Below are positions 12,071-24,512 of a DNA stretch of 64,000 nucleotides, piece by piece; the first letter of the stretch is position 1, and each line of letters starts with the position of its first letter. Source of the DNA: Felis catus (taxonomy: Eukaryota); contig NC_058373.1 in NCBI RefSeq assembly GCF_018350175.1, forward strand, positions 102,984,001 to 103,048,000, given 5' to 3'. A program made the position numbers and the translations under genes. The notes beneath the pieces were generated by a model. It worked only from the letters and a program-made list of their open reading frames with translations. It searched no databases and was not told the DNA's origin.

Positions 12071-12969
12071 AGAATTATTCACAGGCTGTATAAGATATAA
12101 GGATGCAAATGAGAGTAAGACCAGGACTTCTCTGAAGGCTCCCAGCCCAGGGAATGAAGACCAGCTGGTGCCACATCCCCAGGGACCAAGAGCAGCCATT
12201 GTCTGACCTGGAAATGCAGAATAGGCCAGAGGGTAAAGGGCACCCTAGTGCCAGCAGCTGTTTACCTAGGAAGACTGAAAATCTCATCCTGGATCCTAAT
12301 TAATCCTTCCTAGACTCAGGAGACCCAGCACTGTCTTTTATGAATAAATAGGACCCCTGGGAGTATATATTCCTCTTTACTGCCCCTACCGTTTATTTAC
12401 ATAATAATTTATTTATATTATAAACACTTTGTGGTTTCTTCAGCATTGTAGTGATTCCCCCCATCCTCCCTGCCTTTTTTTTCCCCAAAGCTCCCTGAAA
12501 ATTTTGTATTTCAAGGAACTTACAGAGTCCCAGATGTCTTATGTTAATGATAGAGAACTCGATGCACGGCTGTAATAATCAGACCTCTAATAGAAACAAA
12601 GTGACAGCACTGGGGGCAGGAGGCTGGTATGGAAGTCACCCAAGCCAGTCTGATGAGGCTGCTGCCTGCTGCCCCTGGAATATGGGTCAGATCAGAAGAA
12701 AAGGTTGGCCTGGTTGGGAGGTGGTGGTGAGGCGGAGTTGGGGAGGAAGACCAGGTGGCAGGGAGGCCCTACTGTGGCTAATGGGACATCCCGAGTAAGC
12801 TAGGGTCTCAGTAGACAGCAGACATGATTTGAACACTGTTTATTGGTAAGGAATTGGTGACTTATACAGAAAGTTGTAGGTTGTATTGTTACTTCTGGAT
12901 CCTTAGAATGAAGGAATTTCTGGTTTCTTATAGTACTGGCAAATTGGGAACAGAAAAATAAAAGTTTAA

Positions 12970-13177
12970 GTTGTTTTTTTTTTTTTTTAATGTTTGTATT
13001 TTTGAGAGACAGCGAGTGGAGGAGAGACAGAGAGACAGGAAGACACAGAATCCTAAGCAGGCTCCAAACTCTCAGCTGTCAGCACAGAGCCTGCTGAGGG
13101 GCTTGAACCCATGAACCACAAGATCATGACCTGAGCCGCAGTCTGACGATTAACTAACTGAGCCACCCAGGTGCCCC
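12970..13177 (-). mobile_element. Can-SINE
   Basis: Antisense SINE; flanking repeat agaaaaataaaa. Confidence 0.92.
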
Positions 13178-13214
13178 AGAAAAATAAAATATTAGTGTTT
13201 TTTGCAAAACTAAC

Positions 13215-13405
13215 GTTTATTTTTTTTTATATATGTTTATCTATTTCTGAGAGACAGAAAGAGAGGGAGTGCAAGCAGGGAGTGGGTGGGGGGTGTGGGC
13301 AGAGGGGGGAAAGAAGATCCAAAGCAGGGTCAGCACTCACAAAAAGTGAGATCATGACCTGAGCTGAAGTCAGACACTTAACCAACTGAACCACCCAGGT
13401 GCTCC
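13215..13405 (-). mobile_element. Can-SINE, internally deleted (B-box segment missing)
   Basis: Head and CT/tail regions present; middle replaced by cactcacaaaaa. Confidence 0.88.
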
Positions 13406-13989
13406 TAATTTTGATTTTTAAAAGAAAGCCTGGGCCAAAGAGAGCCTTGTGAGGTGTGATTCTCCAAGTGAAAAAAAAAAAAAAAAGAAAAAGTCTTTTT
13501 GAGGAATTGGACTTAGAAGGGAAAAGAAAGCTTAACATGGGATCAGCTCAGGGGAGCTAATATAGGAGGTTAATTAACATCTCCAGAAACAAGTGAGTGT
13601 GGGCAGAGATGAGGTTGAACACAAATCATGAGCTTTGTCAACTTGTTACTCTTCTCTGCCAAAGATTAATGGACGAAGGTGATCCTTGCTGCAACTATGC
13701 AGTGCCCGGTTGCAAATGTTGCACCCCAGGAATTATTCAGAGTATTTATCCTGCAATTAGAGTAGACTGCCTACTGATTATTACTCATTCTCTTTTGCAT
13801 GCTCCAAGTGACAAAGCTCATCGAATAGCCACTTACTAACAATATTCTCTCCATTCTTATTTTATCTCAAAAGTGGTTACTAAGTCAGTTTAACATTAAA
13901 CTATAGATAAGTTATAATTGTTCCAGGCTTTTAAAGATATAAAAGTCTAGAATCTGGTAGTTTTCCTACTAATCATCTCTTCTAAGTTT

Positions 13990-14520
13990 GCTTTTTAGTA
14001 TGAAATATTTTACATATAGAATAGAGAATAGATAATAGCTAAGTATACACAATGTAAAGATGGATAATAAAATTAACTTGTGTAATCACCCAGCCTAAAA
14101 TGTCACTGGTACGTCTGAAGCTCTCTGTATACCCCTCCTGGGTTGTATCTCTCTTCTCTCCCATGAGGAATCGTTTGTTCTGCTGAATTTTGGATTTATT
14201 ATTGTCTTGGTTTTTTTTTTTAAATAGTTTTTTTAAACCACATTTGTATGCATCTCTAAATATATTGCTTAGTTTTTTTACTTTCATGTAACCGGAAGCA
14301 TACTATACATATTTTCTGTGTTCTATTAATTTCATTCCATGCTATGTTGACAAGTGTAGCTGTTGCTCCTTCACTTTTACTCCAGAATAGTTTTCCATCG
14401 TTTGGATTTTCCAAATTTATCTACCCCTTTCCCTGTTGATGGGTATTTGAGGTGTTAACCTGTTTTAGGCTATTGCGAATTGTGTGCTGTGAACATTCTT
14501 GTTTTAATCTCTTTGCACAC
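13990..14520 (-). mobile_element. Old L1 (L1ME-like) 3' end
   Basis: catactatacatattt...ctgttgatgggtatttgag...tgctgtgaacattcttgt. Confidence 0.75.
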
Positions 14521-14524
14521 ACTA

Positions 14525-14740
14525 CCATGCCAAGCCTTCTCCAGACAGGAGGAAGGAGGAAAGGGAAGGGAAAGAATATGTATCCTCTCCTCATGGCACA
14601 TACCATTTGTGCTTGTATCTTCTTGTCCAAAATGTAGTAAGGTGGCCACGCCTACCTTCAAAGGATACTGGGAAATGTAGTGCCTTATTTGGAATGGCCG
14701 TGTGCCCAGGTAAAGATCCAAAGGAGGAAGAGAATGGTTC
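14525..14740 (-). mobile_element. MLT1J/K-like LTR fragment nested in L1
   Basis: ggtggccacgccta...ctgggaaatgtagt...ggccgtgtgcccag. Confidence 0.55.
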
Positions 14741-15648
14741 CTGGGAGTCTTCTGCCTGTGTTTTATGTACGTTTGGAAAAAATGTGTGGAAGGAATGTAA
14801 TTGTTGGGTATCATGTTCTGCCTATGTCTATTAGATCACGCTTTTAATAGTGCTGTTTAAGGCTTCAAGGTTTTTGGTCTGTACATTATTGAAAAAATTA
14901 TGATAATATTTTTCACTCTGGGTGATGGTGAACTTGTGTATTTCTCTCTGCAGTTCCGTCAGTTTTTGATTTGCATGTTTTCAGGCTACTGGATTAGGAA
15001 CATACAAGTTTAGAATTGTGTTTTCCTGCCAGATTGAACATTTATTCGTAAACAGTGACTCTCTTTGTCTCTAGTAATTATTTTTTGCTTTAATATCTGT
15101 TTTGTCTACTATAAATATAGCCCCTCCAGTAACAGATTACTACTTACCTACTATATGGTTTTCCATTTTCAAATTGTAAACATGATTGTATTTTAGTTCT
15201 GTGTGTCTTTGCATAGGTAGGTTTTACCCCATTCTAGCCATCTTTCTCATTTAAACTCAGGGAAGTTGGTGTGTATAAATTGATTGAATTTACTGATGTA
15301 TTTGGATTAATTCTGACAATGTGATTTTATGCTTTATAATTATTACAGCTTTTTTTGTGTATCCCTTTTTTTCTCCCTTTGTTGCCTTATTTCAGATTGT
15401 TTGAGTCTACAATCCATGCTAAAATTTTCCTTCTAAGTTATATACTCCATTTATGGTTTTTTTTTTTTTTCTTGTTTGCTCTAGAATGTCTTAAGTTAAT
15501 CGATATTTTCTCTCCTCTCTAGAAAAATGTGAGAACTTTAACTCCTATTTGGGTCTTCTCACTTATATGTGGTTTCTGGGATATTTGTTCTCTTTTTTAA
15601 GTTCCACAAATTAGACATTATTATTCCCATATTAAAAGTAGAAATCTA

Positions 15649-15880
15649 GGGGCATCTGGGTGGCTCGGTCGGTTAAGCATCTGACTTTGGCCCAGGTCAT
15701 GATCTCGCAGTTCATGGGTTCAAGCCCTGTGTCAGGCTCTATGCTGACAGCTCAGAGCCTGGAGCCTACTTCAGATTCTGTGTCTCCCCCTCTCTCTGCC
15801 TCTCCCCTGCTCACATTCTGTCTCTCTCTCTCTCAAAAATAAATAGATATTAAAAAAAAACAAAAACAAAAAAACCCACA
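15649..15880 (+). mobile_element. Can-SINE inserted in old L1
   Basis: TSD aaRagtagaaatcta at 15634-15648 and 15881-15895. Confidence 0.95.
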
Positions 15881-17192
15881 AAGAGTAGAAATCTAAGTTG
15901 ACCATTATTTGTTTTCAGGTCTGTGACTGTAGTATTCCTTCTTTTGTCTTCTTTGTTGCTACTGAGAACTCAGGCATCAGATCTGCCTAACTAATGTTCT
16001 TTTATAAGTAATCTTTTTTTCTTTAGCAGATTAAGATATTTCATGATAGAAGATCATTGATTTGGGTGTTCTGAACTTTAACAACCACAAAACTAGGGTT
16101 TTTTTTTGTTTTGTCCTCTTTTTCATTTACCCTGTTTGCGATTCACTAGGCTTCCCGAATATGAAGTGTTATATTTTTTATTAGTTCTGGAAAATACTCA
16201 CCTATTATGTCTTTGAATATTGCCTCTTCCTCATCCCCTCTGTTATCTCCTTCTGGAACTACTCTTAGGTCTTCTCGCTCTGTCCTCCATTCCTCCTAAC
16301 CTGTCTTCTGGTTTGTCATTTTTTTGGTCCCCACTGGGCTGATTTCTGTGCAGTTTGTTTCAGATCTATAATCCAGGTCATGAATTCTCATGTCAGCCAT
16401 GTTTAATCTGCTTTTTAAATTACCCAGGTTTCTTATGCCAATTACGTTCTTTGTTGTTTCAGCAGCTGTATTTTTTTCAATTCCGTCTAATCAAATATAA
16501 TAATCTCCCATTCCTTAGCATCATTTTTAATTCCTCTTTTCCAGCCTTAAACATTTTAAATGCATTTATTTCATATTCCATACCTTATAATTTCTGCCAC
16601 ACTAGCTTGTTTCCTTGTGTGTTTTGTGACTTGTCATGTGCTTATGATTGTTGTAAGCTCGTTGGAACTTTATCTGTGGGAATTATTTGAAGTATGGATT
16701 TAAATGAATTCTTTTGTTTCTACCAAAGGCCTGGAGGAGCTGTATCCCAAGATAATTTTACTGTAAATTTTCCATTTGAGAGTTTTTGGAAGTGCTAGTA
16801 CAAATTCTTGTCTTAAATCTTCATGAGGGATGCTCATGGAGGTTAGGAATTCTTGAAGGAGACTCTTCCTTGTTTTCCTTTTCACTGATAGTCAACACCG
16901 AAACAAGGAATCATTTTTATCGTGTCCCTTTGAAAGATAGTCCTTCCTCTTCCCACAATAGTTTACCTCTAACGGTCTGGTCTTTTCGATGTCCTGGCTT
17001 TATTGGATGTAGAAGCTAGGCTATATCCAATGGCCCACCATGCTTGGGGCCCAGGCTTTTCTCCTTCTTTAGCCCATTAAAGCCTAAATTTCAGTCCATT
17101 GGGGATTAGCATATGCCATAGACAAATGCTTTAATGCTCTTGCCTCTTAGATTTTTGTATTCTCCTTATTTGAATTTCTGAGGATGCCGCTC

Positions 17193-17194
17193 AT

Positions 17195-17228
<34 letters not shown>
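17193..17228 (+). repeat. (ATTT)9 microsatellite
   Basis: Seen directly. Confidence 0.95.
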
Positions 17229-17230
<2 letters not shown>

Positions 17231-17572
17231 TAGGCTCAGACATGCCCTTAAACGATGCTTCCCTGAACTTTTAACTTTTATCCTGTATTTTAGGATGTTC
17301 TCTACTGGACAACCTATCTGCCATATTGCTAAATATGGGAGTTTTCCCCTAATATATATATATTAGCTTGAATACTTAGAACTTAATTAGAATGTGTCTT
17401 TATAACAAAACAAAAATCCATAGTCATATTCTCCCAGGAATGGCTTGACATTACCTTCAAATACTTTTAAGATATCTTATTCAGCTATTGAAATCTTCCT
17501 ATCACAGGCAGTCTGACTGCCTAAACCAAGAAAGGCAAAAATATGTTATCCCTCCTGCCAACTTTAAAATAT

Positions 17573-18105
17573 TGGTGGACAGAGTCTAAGGTAACCCTCC
17601 TGATCCTTATTTTCTGATGTTCACATTCTTGTGTAATCCCTTTCTCTTGAGTGTGAGCTAGACTTGAGATTGCTTCTAACCAGTAGAATACAGCAAGGGT
17701 GACAAGCTGTTCATATTACGTAAAACTATAATGTCTTGCTAGGTAACTCTCTTCCTGGCTCAGTTTGAAGAAGTAAGCTCCAACCCTGTAAAAGGGCTAT
17801 GTGGCAATGAGCTGAGATAAACCTCCCACCAACAACCTGTAAGAAACAGAGGCCCTCAGCCTGGTAGCTTGTGAAGTACTGGATTCTGCCAACAACCGCA
17901 TGAATGTGGAAACAGATCCTTCCCTAGTCAAGTTCTAGGTGAGAACCCAACGCAGGCTGGCACTTGGATTGCAGCTTTGTGAGAGATCTTGAAGCAGTTA
18001 AACCATGCCAAGACTTCTGACCCACAGAAACTGAAGTAATAAATGTGTATTATTTCAAGCTGCTAAATTTGTTGTAATTTGTCATGTAGCAAGAGATAAC
18101 TAATA
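17573..18105 (+). mobile_element. MaLR solo LTR (MLT1E/F-like)
   Basis: tgtgtaatccctttctcttgagtgtgag...ttctgacccacagaaactg...aataaatgtgtattatttcaagctgctaaattt...gataactaata. Confidence 0.85.
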
Positions 18106-19289
18106 GAATTGGTGATGGCTATCTTGAAAAATATTCTGGAGTTCAGTTCAGGCTTAGCAGGACAGTGTACAGTGATCAGCTGGTAATGTGTGCTGAGATA
18201 AAAGACCAAGGAGGCAGCAATTGTGCCCATGATTTGTCAACCTGGCCTAAGTTACCAGAGGTATTTATAGGGCGATTTTAGTATCCTTTCAAAGCAGTAC
18301 AAATCACCAATAGTCTGGGGATCCAGCATGTGGCCCACAGCCCACAGTTCATTAGCTAGAATTTTCTTAAACTTCTTTAGCCAACACAAATCTAGAAGGG
18401 ACCCCACTTGGCTGCCACTATTTGTAACCAATTCTAGCCAGATATCATGTTAGCAGATTTGATTAATTAGTATCCACAATTAAAGCTGAATGTAATTAAT
18501 TATATAACTTGGACCTACTTGATTTCAAATAATCTACATGAAGACATCATAAAGAATGATGGACAAAAATAAGATAAATTGAAATAAAGTCTCTATGTAG
18601 ATTTAATTAATATTTGAGCCTCATCCAATACTCACACAAAGTGAGGAGCCTCTTGACTCACAGTTGTTATTAAAGAGGCATTGAAACCCACACACATGGA
18701 CTTCTAAACACGAAACATGCATTTTAAAAAGGTAGATGCACCTGACCTGAAGATGTAGGGCACTCTCTCTAACTTCCTTATCACTTTCCTTTCATGCAAC
18801 AGATGCAGCAGGAGAGAAACCACACAGGTATCCCTTTGTTAAGAATGTAGAATTTTCAAGAGCATATCCTCTTTAATCAGAGGACAGTAGGTTCCCAATT
18901 ACTCAGCCAGAGTGAGCTGTTGCTTATTAATAATTATCAAGTTGAGAGTTGCTTCAAACGAATTTGCATGCCAAGTCTTCTTTTGGTGACTCATCCATGA
19001 TTACAGTTCACCTGCAACTTTTATAAAATGCTTCTGCTACTTCTAGAAACGTTTTCAAAGTGAACGTTTCTTACTATGGATATTTTAAAATAAAATTTAA
19101 ATAGAACACCCACTACTTAGCCCATAATAGGGGCTTAAAGACAATTATTGAGTGAATGAATGAAAAATTTTAAAATAATCTTATGCTAGGAATTGAGTAC
19201 TTTTAGTGTTTCGGTGTTCACTACTATAATAAGATACATACATGAGCATGCACACACACACACACACATGCACATTTTCCCCTTCAAGT

Positions 19290-19450
19290 TCCCATTATTC
19301 CTGCAAACTATTTACTTTCCCCCTTTTTACAAATGAGTAAATGAGGTTAAACAACTTAATTACTTATAGCTGGTAAATGGTGGAGCAGGGATATGAACCA
19401 CCTTGATTTGGGCACAGAGCCTGTGCTCTTTGCATTCTGGCATATTGTCT
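19290..19450 (-). mobile_element. MIR fragment
   Basis: ttttacaaatgagtaaatgagg...agctggtaaatggtggagcagggatatgaacc. Confidence 0.6.
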
Positions 19451-20874
19451 CCCAGAAATTAACCTAAAAAATATTTTCGTAACTCAAATGCTTTCACTTA
19501 ACTGCATCCTTGCTGACACATTAGCACAGCTAGTGGGAAGTCAACTTTCACTGCCTAGCTTTGAATGACAACAGGGCAGACATACTTTCACTCTTCTGTC
19601 TCACACCTGCGCCTTTGGTACTTAACCTGCTGGAAGTTCTGACCTGAGGCATCAATTCCAGAAGGCGCGATGCTCAGCGGCCAGGCCTGCTTTGTGCTCT
19701 TTGCTTTTGCATAAGAGCAGCAAATTACCTAAAATATCCACTATGGAGGTATGGTTCCAGAAGTGAACACTGGTCAGCTGGATGATCGTCTTCCTAGGTT
19801 GGGGCTTGAACTACAGTAATCACGGAAATAAATTTTGTCCCACATCTACAGAATTAAAGGGATAAGACAAATTCACTTATTAATTTATTGATTTCTTCAT
19901 TCAGTGGCTATCTATTGAGTATCTCTTAAATGCAAGGAACTGTATTAGGTGCTCAGGAGAATAGAGATGAATAAAATGGAATGAGTGAGAATGGTGGCCT
20001 GGCGTGGGGATGGACACTGTGTCACTGAAGTCACTTGTCTTCCAATAAAGAACTGTGTGAAGAATAGTAGGCAAGGAAGGCCTTAAAGACCTTCCATGCC
20101 TGAGCCATACTCATGCAGGGCAGGCTCAGTGCCCTTGCCTCTTGGGATAAGAGTAAGAGAAAATGCTTAATAGCCACGAGGCAGCATAGTGAAGGAATAG
20201 GAACAATGTCCCAGTTTGCCACTGTCTTGCTATGTGATGTGGGACAGTTCCCCTCATCCATCTGGTCTTCGGTTCTTCTGTGTTCTCAGTGATAGTCTAT
20301 AGTCCTTTTCCCTCTATCTGGCAGATATCCCAAATCTGGGGCCCACTTCTGGTCCTGAAGGCCACTGTCCCAGCCTTCGTGCCTACTTCTTCAGGTAGGG
20401 CTGGGCCAAACACGTGGGCATGGCTGAATGTTTGCTCAAATGATGGTGGTGATCAGAATACTGGGGTTTGCTTATTCCCTTTCAAGTCATGTCAAGTGAA
20501 AAAGCACATGATCGTAAAAGTTGAGAGTAGTTTTATGGCATACCCAGAAATGCTTGGAAATGGCTGAAAAGAGCTGGGGATAGCTTAGCAGGTCTGGCTG
20601 CCAGCTGCCAGCTGCCAAGCCTAGGGTTTCACATCAGAACTGGGTTGCCCAAGCTTGGCTGTAGGTCCCTGGGTGGAAGACTATCTTCATGCTTACGAGG
20701 AGCTATATACACACAATGGATCAGTGTCATGACAGTCGGCAGGAGGGAGCATGGATTCCTCCAAGGAAAGTGCCAATAAACTGGCACAAATGAGCCTAAC
20801 CCATAAGCAATAAAAGCTTTGAAAATCAGAAGGTTCAGAGGTCAGGAACGGGAGTTTTGAACCCTGTCTCAGTT

Positions 20875-21145
20875 TCAACTTCAATTCAACAAATAATTTT
20901 TGAGCACCTACTATATGTCACACCTCTTACAGGCTCATGGAATATTATGTCAGTAAACAAAGATTCTTGCACTTTTGAAGTATGTGTTCCCCAGGAAGAG
21001 ATAAATGACAAATAATAGCCATGATAAATAAAGATACTTTATGGTATATCAGAAGATGAGTGCTTTGAAAACCAAGAAAGAGAAGAGTAAGAGTAAGGGG
21101 GGGAGCATCAGAGTATGAAGAGGATGGAATAGGTTGTAATATTAT
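20875..21145 (-). mobile_element. L2 3' end
   Basis: ttcaacaaataatttttgagcacctactatatgtca. Confidence 0.65.
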
Positions 21146-21628
21146 CCTTTCTTTTATGTACTTTGCTTTTGTAACCAATAGATATCTCAGAACAGAGCCT
21201 GTCAGGGAGCTTAAGGACTTGTGAGATAGAATTTGGAATCGGACAGGGTGCAATGAACAGACTTCTGCAGGACATACCAGAACATTTGAGAAAAGTCAAA
21301 GGATCTGGCCAAAGTAGAGGCTTTTCTCTCGAAATCTCCCAAAACACATTTGCTCAGGCTTGGTCCACCACTGCCTCCAAAGCTGGGCCTTATGAAACCT
21401 GGAGAAGCCCAGGAGGGTGAGAGAGGCACAATTATCACGACAACCTGGGCTGTTTTGGAGACCAACTCTCAAATTTTCTTCACTCTCTTAGCTCTTCTGA
21501 GTTATGGAACCATCTGCAAAGCGTTATCTATCTTGTGAGTTTCTGGGAAATAAACCTGGAGTTAATCCATTTGATTTTCTTCATTTGATTTACCTTCATA
21601 GGCAAATGTTTTTAAGCTGATAATTTCT

Positions 21629-21859
21629 TTTTTTTTTTTTTTAAATTTTTTTTTTCAACGTTTATTTATTTTTGGGACAGAGAGAGACAGAGCATGAACG
21701 GGGGAGGGGCAGAGAGAGAGGGAGACACAGAATCGGAAACAGGCTCCAGGCTCTGAGCCATCAGCCCAGAGTCCGACGCGGGGCTCGAACTCACGGACTG
21801 CGAGATCGTGACCTGAGCTGAAGTCAGACGCTTAACCGACTGCGCCACCCAGGCGCCCC
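21629..21859 (-). mobile_element. Young feline Can-SINE (SINEC_Fc-type)
   Basis: CpG-rich; perfect 17-bp TSD ttaagctgataatttct at 21612-21628 and 21860-21876. Confidence 0.97.
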
Positions 21860-22397
21860 TTAAGCTGATAATTTCTAAGGCTAGTATTGCAAACACTTAT
21901 TTGAAAAGGTAAACATATTGAAAAAGAGCCCTAAATTCCAAGATTGCATATATACTTCAAATCTCAGATGCCTGGCCCCTGGGGACTCCTCACAGAATTC
22001 TACTGAAAGGTTTAGGAGACAAAGATTTTAAATAAGAGGTTGTTGGTTTTACAATGGTGGGATGGTGAGAGCCCGGGTTGGGTGGATCCTTACTAAACAG
22101 AGCTTCAGGCCCAGGAAGGTCAGCATCCCAAAGGCCCCACCCCAGCCTGTCCCTGTGCAGCAAGCCTCCTGCTGAGGTTCTTTCTTCTTCCTTGCTGAAT
22201 CAGGTGAGTGCATGCCTTTGGAATGCTGTGTGGATGTGTGGATCGTGGTGCTTGCCCTGCAGATGTGAGGGAGAGCCCTTTCTCCCAGAAGAAAGATGGA
22301 GAACATTAGGAGAAGTAGGAAGAGATGAAAATCACACAGTGGTGGGTGGGCAGAAATAAGAACCAGAGAACTACGTCTTATTCTTGTTAATCTGATC

Positions 22398-22402
<5 letters not shown>

Positions 22403-22460
<58 letters not shown>
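22403..22460 (+). repeat. Compound (TG)21(AG)8 microsatellite
   Basis: Seen directly. Confidence 0.96.
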
Positions 22461-22461
<1 letters not shown>

Positions 22462-22526
22462 AAAATTAAAAAATCTGAAAAATTAAAAAAAATTAAAAGA
22501 GAAAGGTCAAGAGTGGATATTTTCCA

Positions 22527-22660
22527 GGATGCCTGGACTCAGTTGGTCGAGGTCGTGATGTTCATGAGCACAGAGCCTGCTTGGGATCCTCTCTCTCTCA
22601 TCCTCTCTCTTTCTTCCACTCTCAAAATAAATAAACCAACTTAAGTTAAAAAAAAAAAAC
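22527..22660 (+). mobile_element. Heavily deleted Can-SINE (~135 bp)
   Basis: ggatgcctgg..ctcagttggt, agcacagagcctgcttgggatcct, ctctcaaaataaataaa; TSD atattttcca at 22517-22526 and 22663-22672. Confidence 0.85.
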
Positions 22661-23662
22661 ATATATTTTCCAAATAGAGTTAAAACAGAACTGTAAGGTC
22701 AAGTAGAAAAATCCTATTGGTCAGCAACACGGATGAGAGAGTGTGGGGATCTGGAGTGGGTGGGTCCTGAGTGGGGCCTTGTGACCCACTCGAAGAAAAG
22801 AGGGTCTGGCTACTGAGGGCAAAAGCCCTGACTTGAGAGAGAAGGTCAGGAAAAGCCAGAGGCCCTTCTGGGATGGAGCTCCCTTAGTTAGAGAAGCCCA
22901 GCAGGGAAGAGCCTCAGAAAGCCACACCCCAGGCTGTCAGGAGACCAGCAAGCCAGCAGAATAGGCTTCTGCTCCAACTGCACCCAGTGTTACCCTAGGA
23001 GAGTTTTCACAGCACTCAAATAGATAGAAGAGAATCCAGGCCCTGCAACCTGACTACTACAACAAGACAGGGAACTTAAGTGAAAGGAGGGGTGGCTAGT
23101 TGACCAGGCCTTGGAGCTTATCTACTTGAGCTTGAAAAGCTTGTTCTGAGCACATGCCTGCTCTGAGGTTTGCTTAATGGGTGCTTATGGTTAGCTTTTT
23201 AATAGGGATCTTTATTTCTGATTAATAAAAAGGGGAAATTCCTGGTCATGAGTGCCCAGGAACTCAAATAGCGAGTACTATTCACCACCTCAAGGGTTCT
23301 AAATGGCAGGCTGTCATTCTGAGGGGATGAACCAGTGACAAACTGTGGCCACAGCCTGTGGCAGCAGGAGTGTGGCAGCTGAGAGGAATCCTACAATGTC
23401 AGGAGATGCAGTGGTAGCTGGACAGGTAATTTTATAGACAGCGGCTTGCTTTGGCTTGTGGCATTGAGTGGAGAATTTGGACAGTGGAGTCAGCCCAACT
23501 TGCATGCAAATCCTGACTCTTATTTCCTTGTGTGTTTCACATCCCCTTTACTATTTTCTTGTTCAAAGTATTTCAAATAACGTTCAGGAGTAGAAAGTTA
23601 AAGTTCTTCCTGCACACCTGCTCCTGAGGGAGAAACTTAAAATTTGGTATTTATCTTTTTCT

Positions 23663-23879
23663 TAAAAAAATTTTTTTTAATCTTTGTTTATTTTTGAGAG
23701 AGAGACAGAGTGTGAGCAGGGAAGGAGCAGAGAGAGAGAGGGAGACCCAGAATCCGAAGCAGGCTCCAGGCTCTGAGCTGTCAGCACAGAGCCCCGTGTG
23801 AGGCTCGAACTCATGAACCACGAGATCATGACATGAGCCGAAGTCAGACGCTTAACCAACTGAGCCGCCCAGGCGCCCC
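23663..23879 (-). mobile_element. Can-SINE
   Basis: TSD gtatttatYtttttct at 23647-23662 and 23881-23896. Confidence 0.95.
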
Positions 23880-24056
23880 AGTATTTATTTTTTTCTATGT
23901 CAATGCCAATAACTATGGCTTCAGCTGTCAATATGGATTATGCAGATGCATAGTTTTGAGCTTTTTACATACAAGTGGAATTATACTATACAGACTTTCT
24001 GAAACTCTCTTTTGCTTCCTGCATATCTGTATATATATAAACATAAACAAGGATAT

Positions 24057-24102
24057 TATATATATATACATATATATGTATATATGTATATACATATATA
24101 TA

Positions 24103-24160
<58 letters not shown>

Positions 24161-24162
24161 TA
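24057..24162 (+). repeat. Compound (TA)n/(TG)n/(CA)n microsatellite
   Basis: Seen directly. Confidence 0.95.
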
Positions 24163-24329
24163 TCTCCTTCCATGCCCATATATAAAAAGGGTATCGTTTT
24201 AAAAGCTCTGTTACATTCCATACTGAGTTCAGGTCATAATATATTTGATAAGCTCTACTAATGGATATTTTAACATTTCATTTTTTTCTTTTCTTTTTGC
24301 TGTGAAAAATCATGCTGCAAAAAAATATC

Positions 24330-24512
24330 TTTTTTTTTTTTTTTTTTTTTTGAGAGAGAGCGCGAGTGGGGGAGAGGCAGAGAGAGAGGGATGAGAGAGA
24401 ATCCCAAGAAAGCTCCATACCGGACATGGGACTTGATCTCACGAACCATGAGATCATGACCTGACCTGAAATCAAGAGTCAGACACTTACCAACTGAGCC
24501 ACCCAGGCACCC
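24330..24512 (-). mobile_element. Can-SINE (short older type)
   Basis: Antisense SINE with T-run; flanking repeat aaaaatatc. Confidence 0.9.

Larger units (their letters stand above)
14745..17340 (-). mobile_element. Old L1M 5' portion (ORF2 start, ORF1, 5'UTR remnants), degenerate
   Basis: T-rich antisense L1 motifs (catacaagtttagaattg; ttctggaaaatactcacctattatgtctttgaatattgcctct). Confidence 0.65.
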
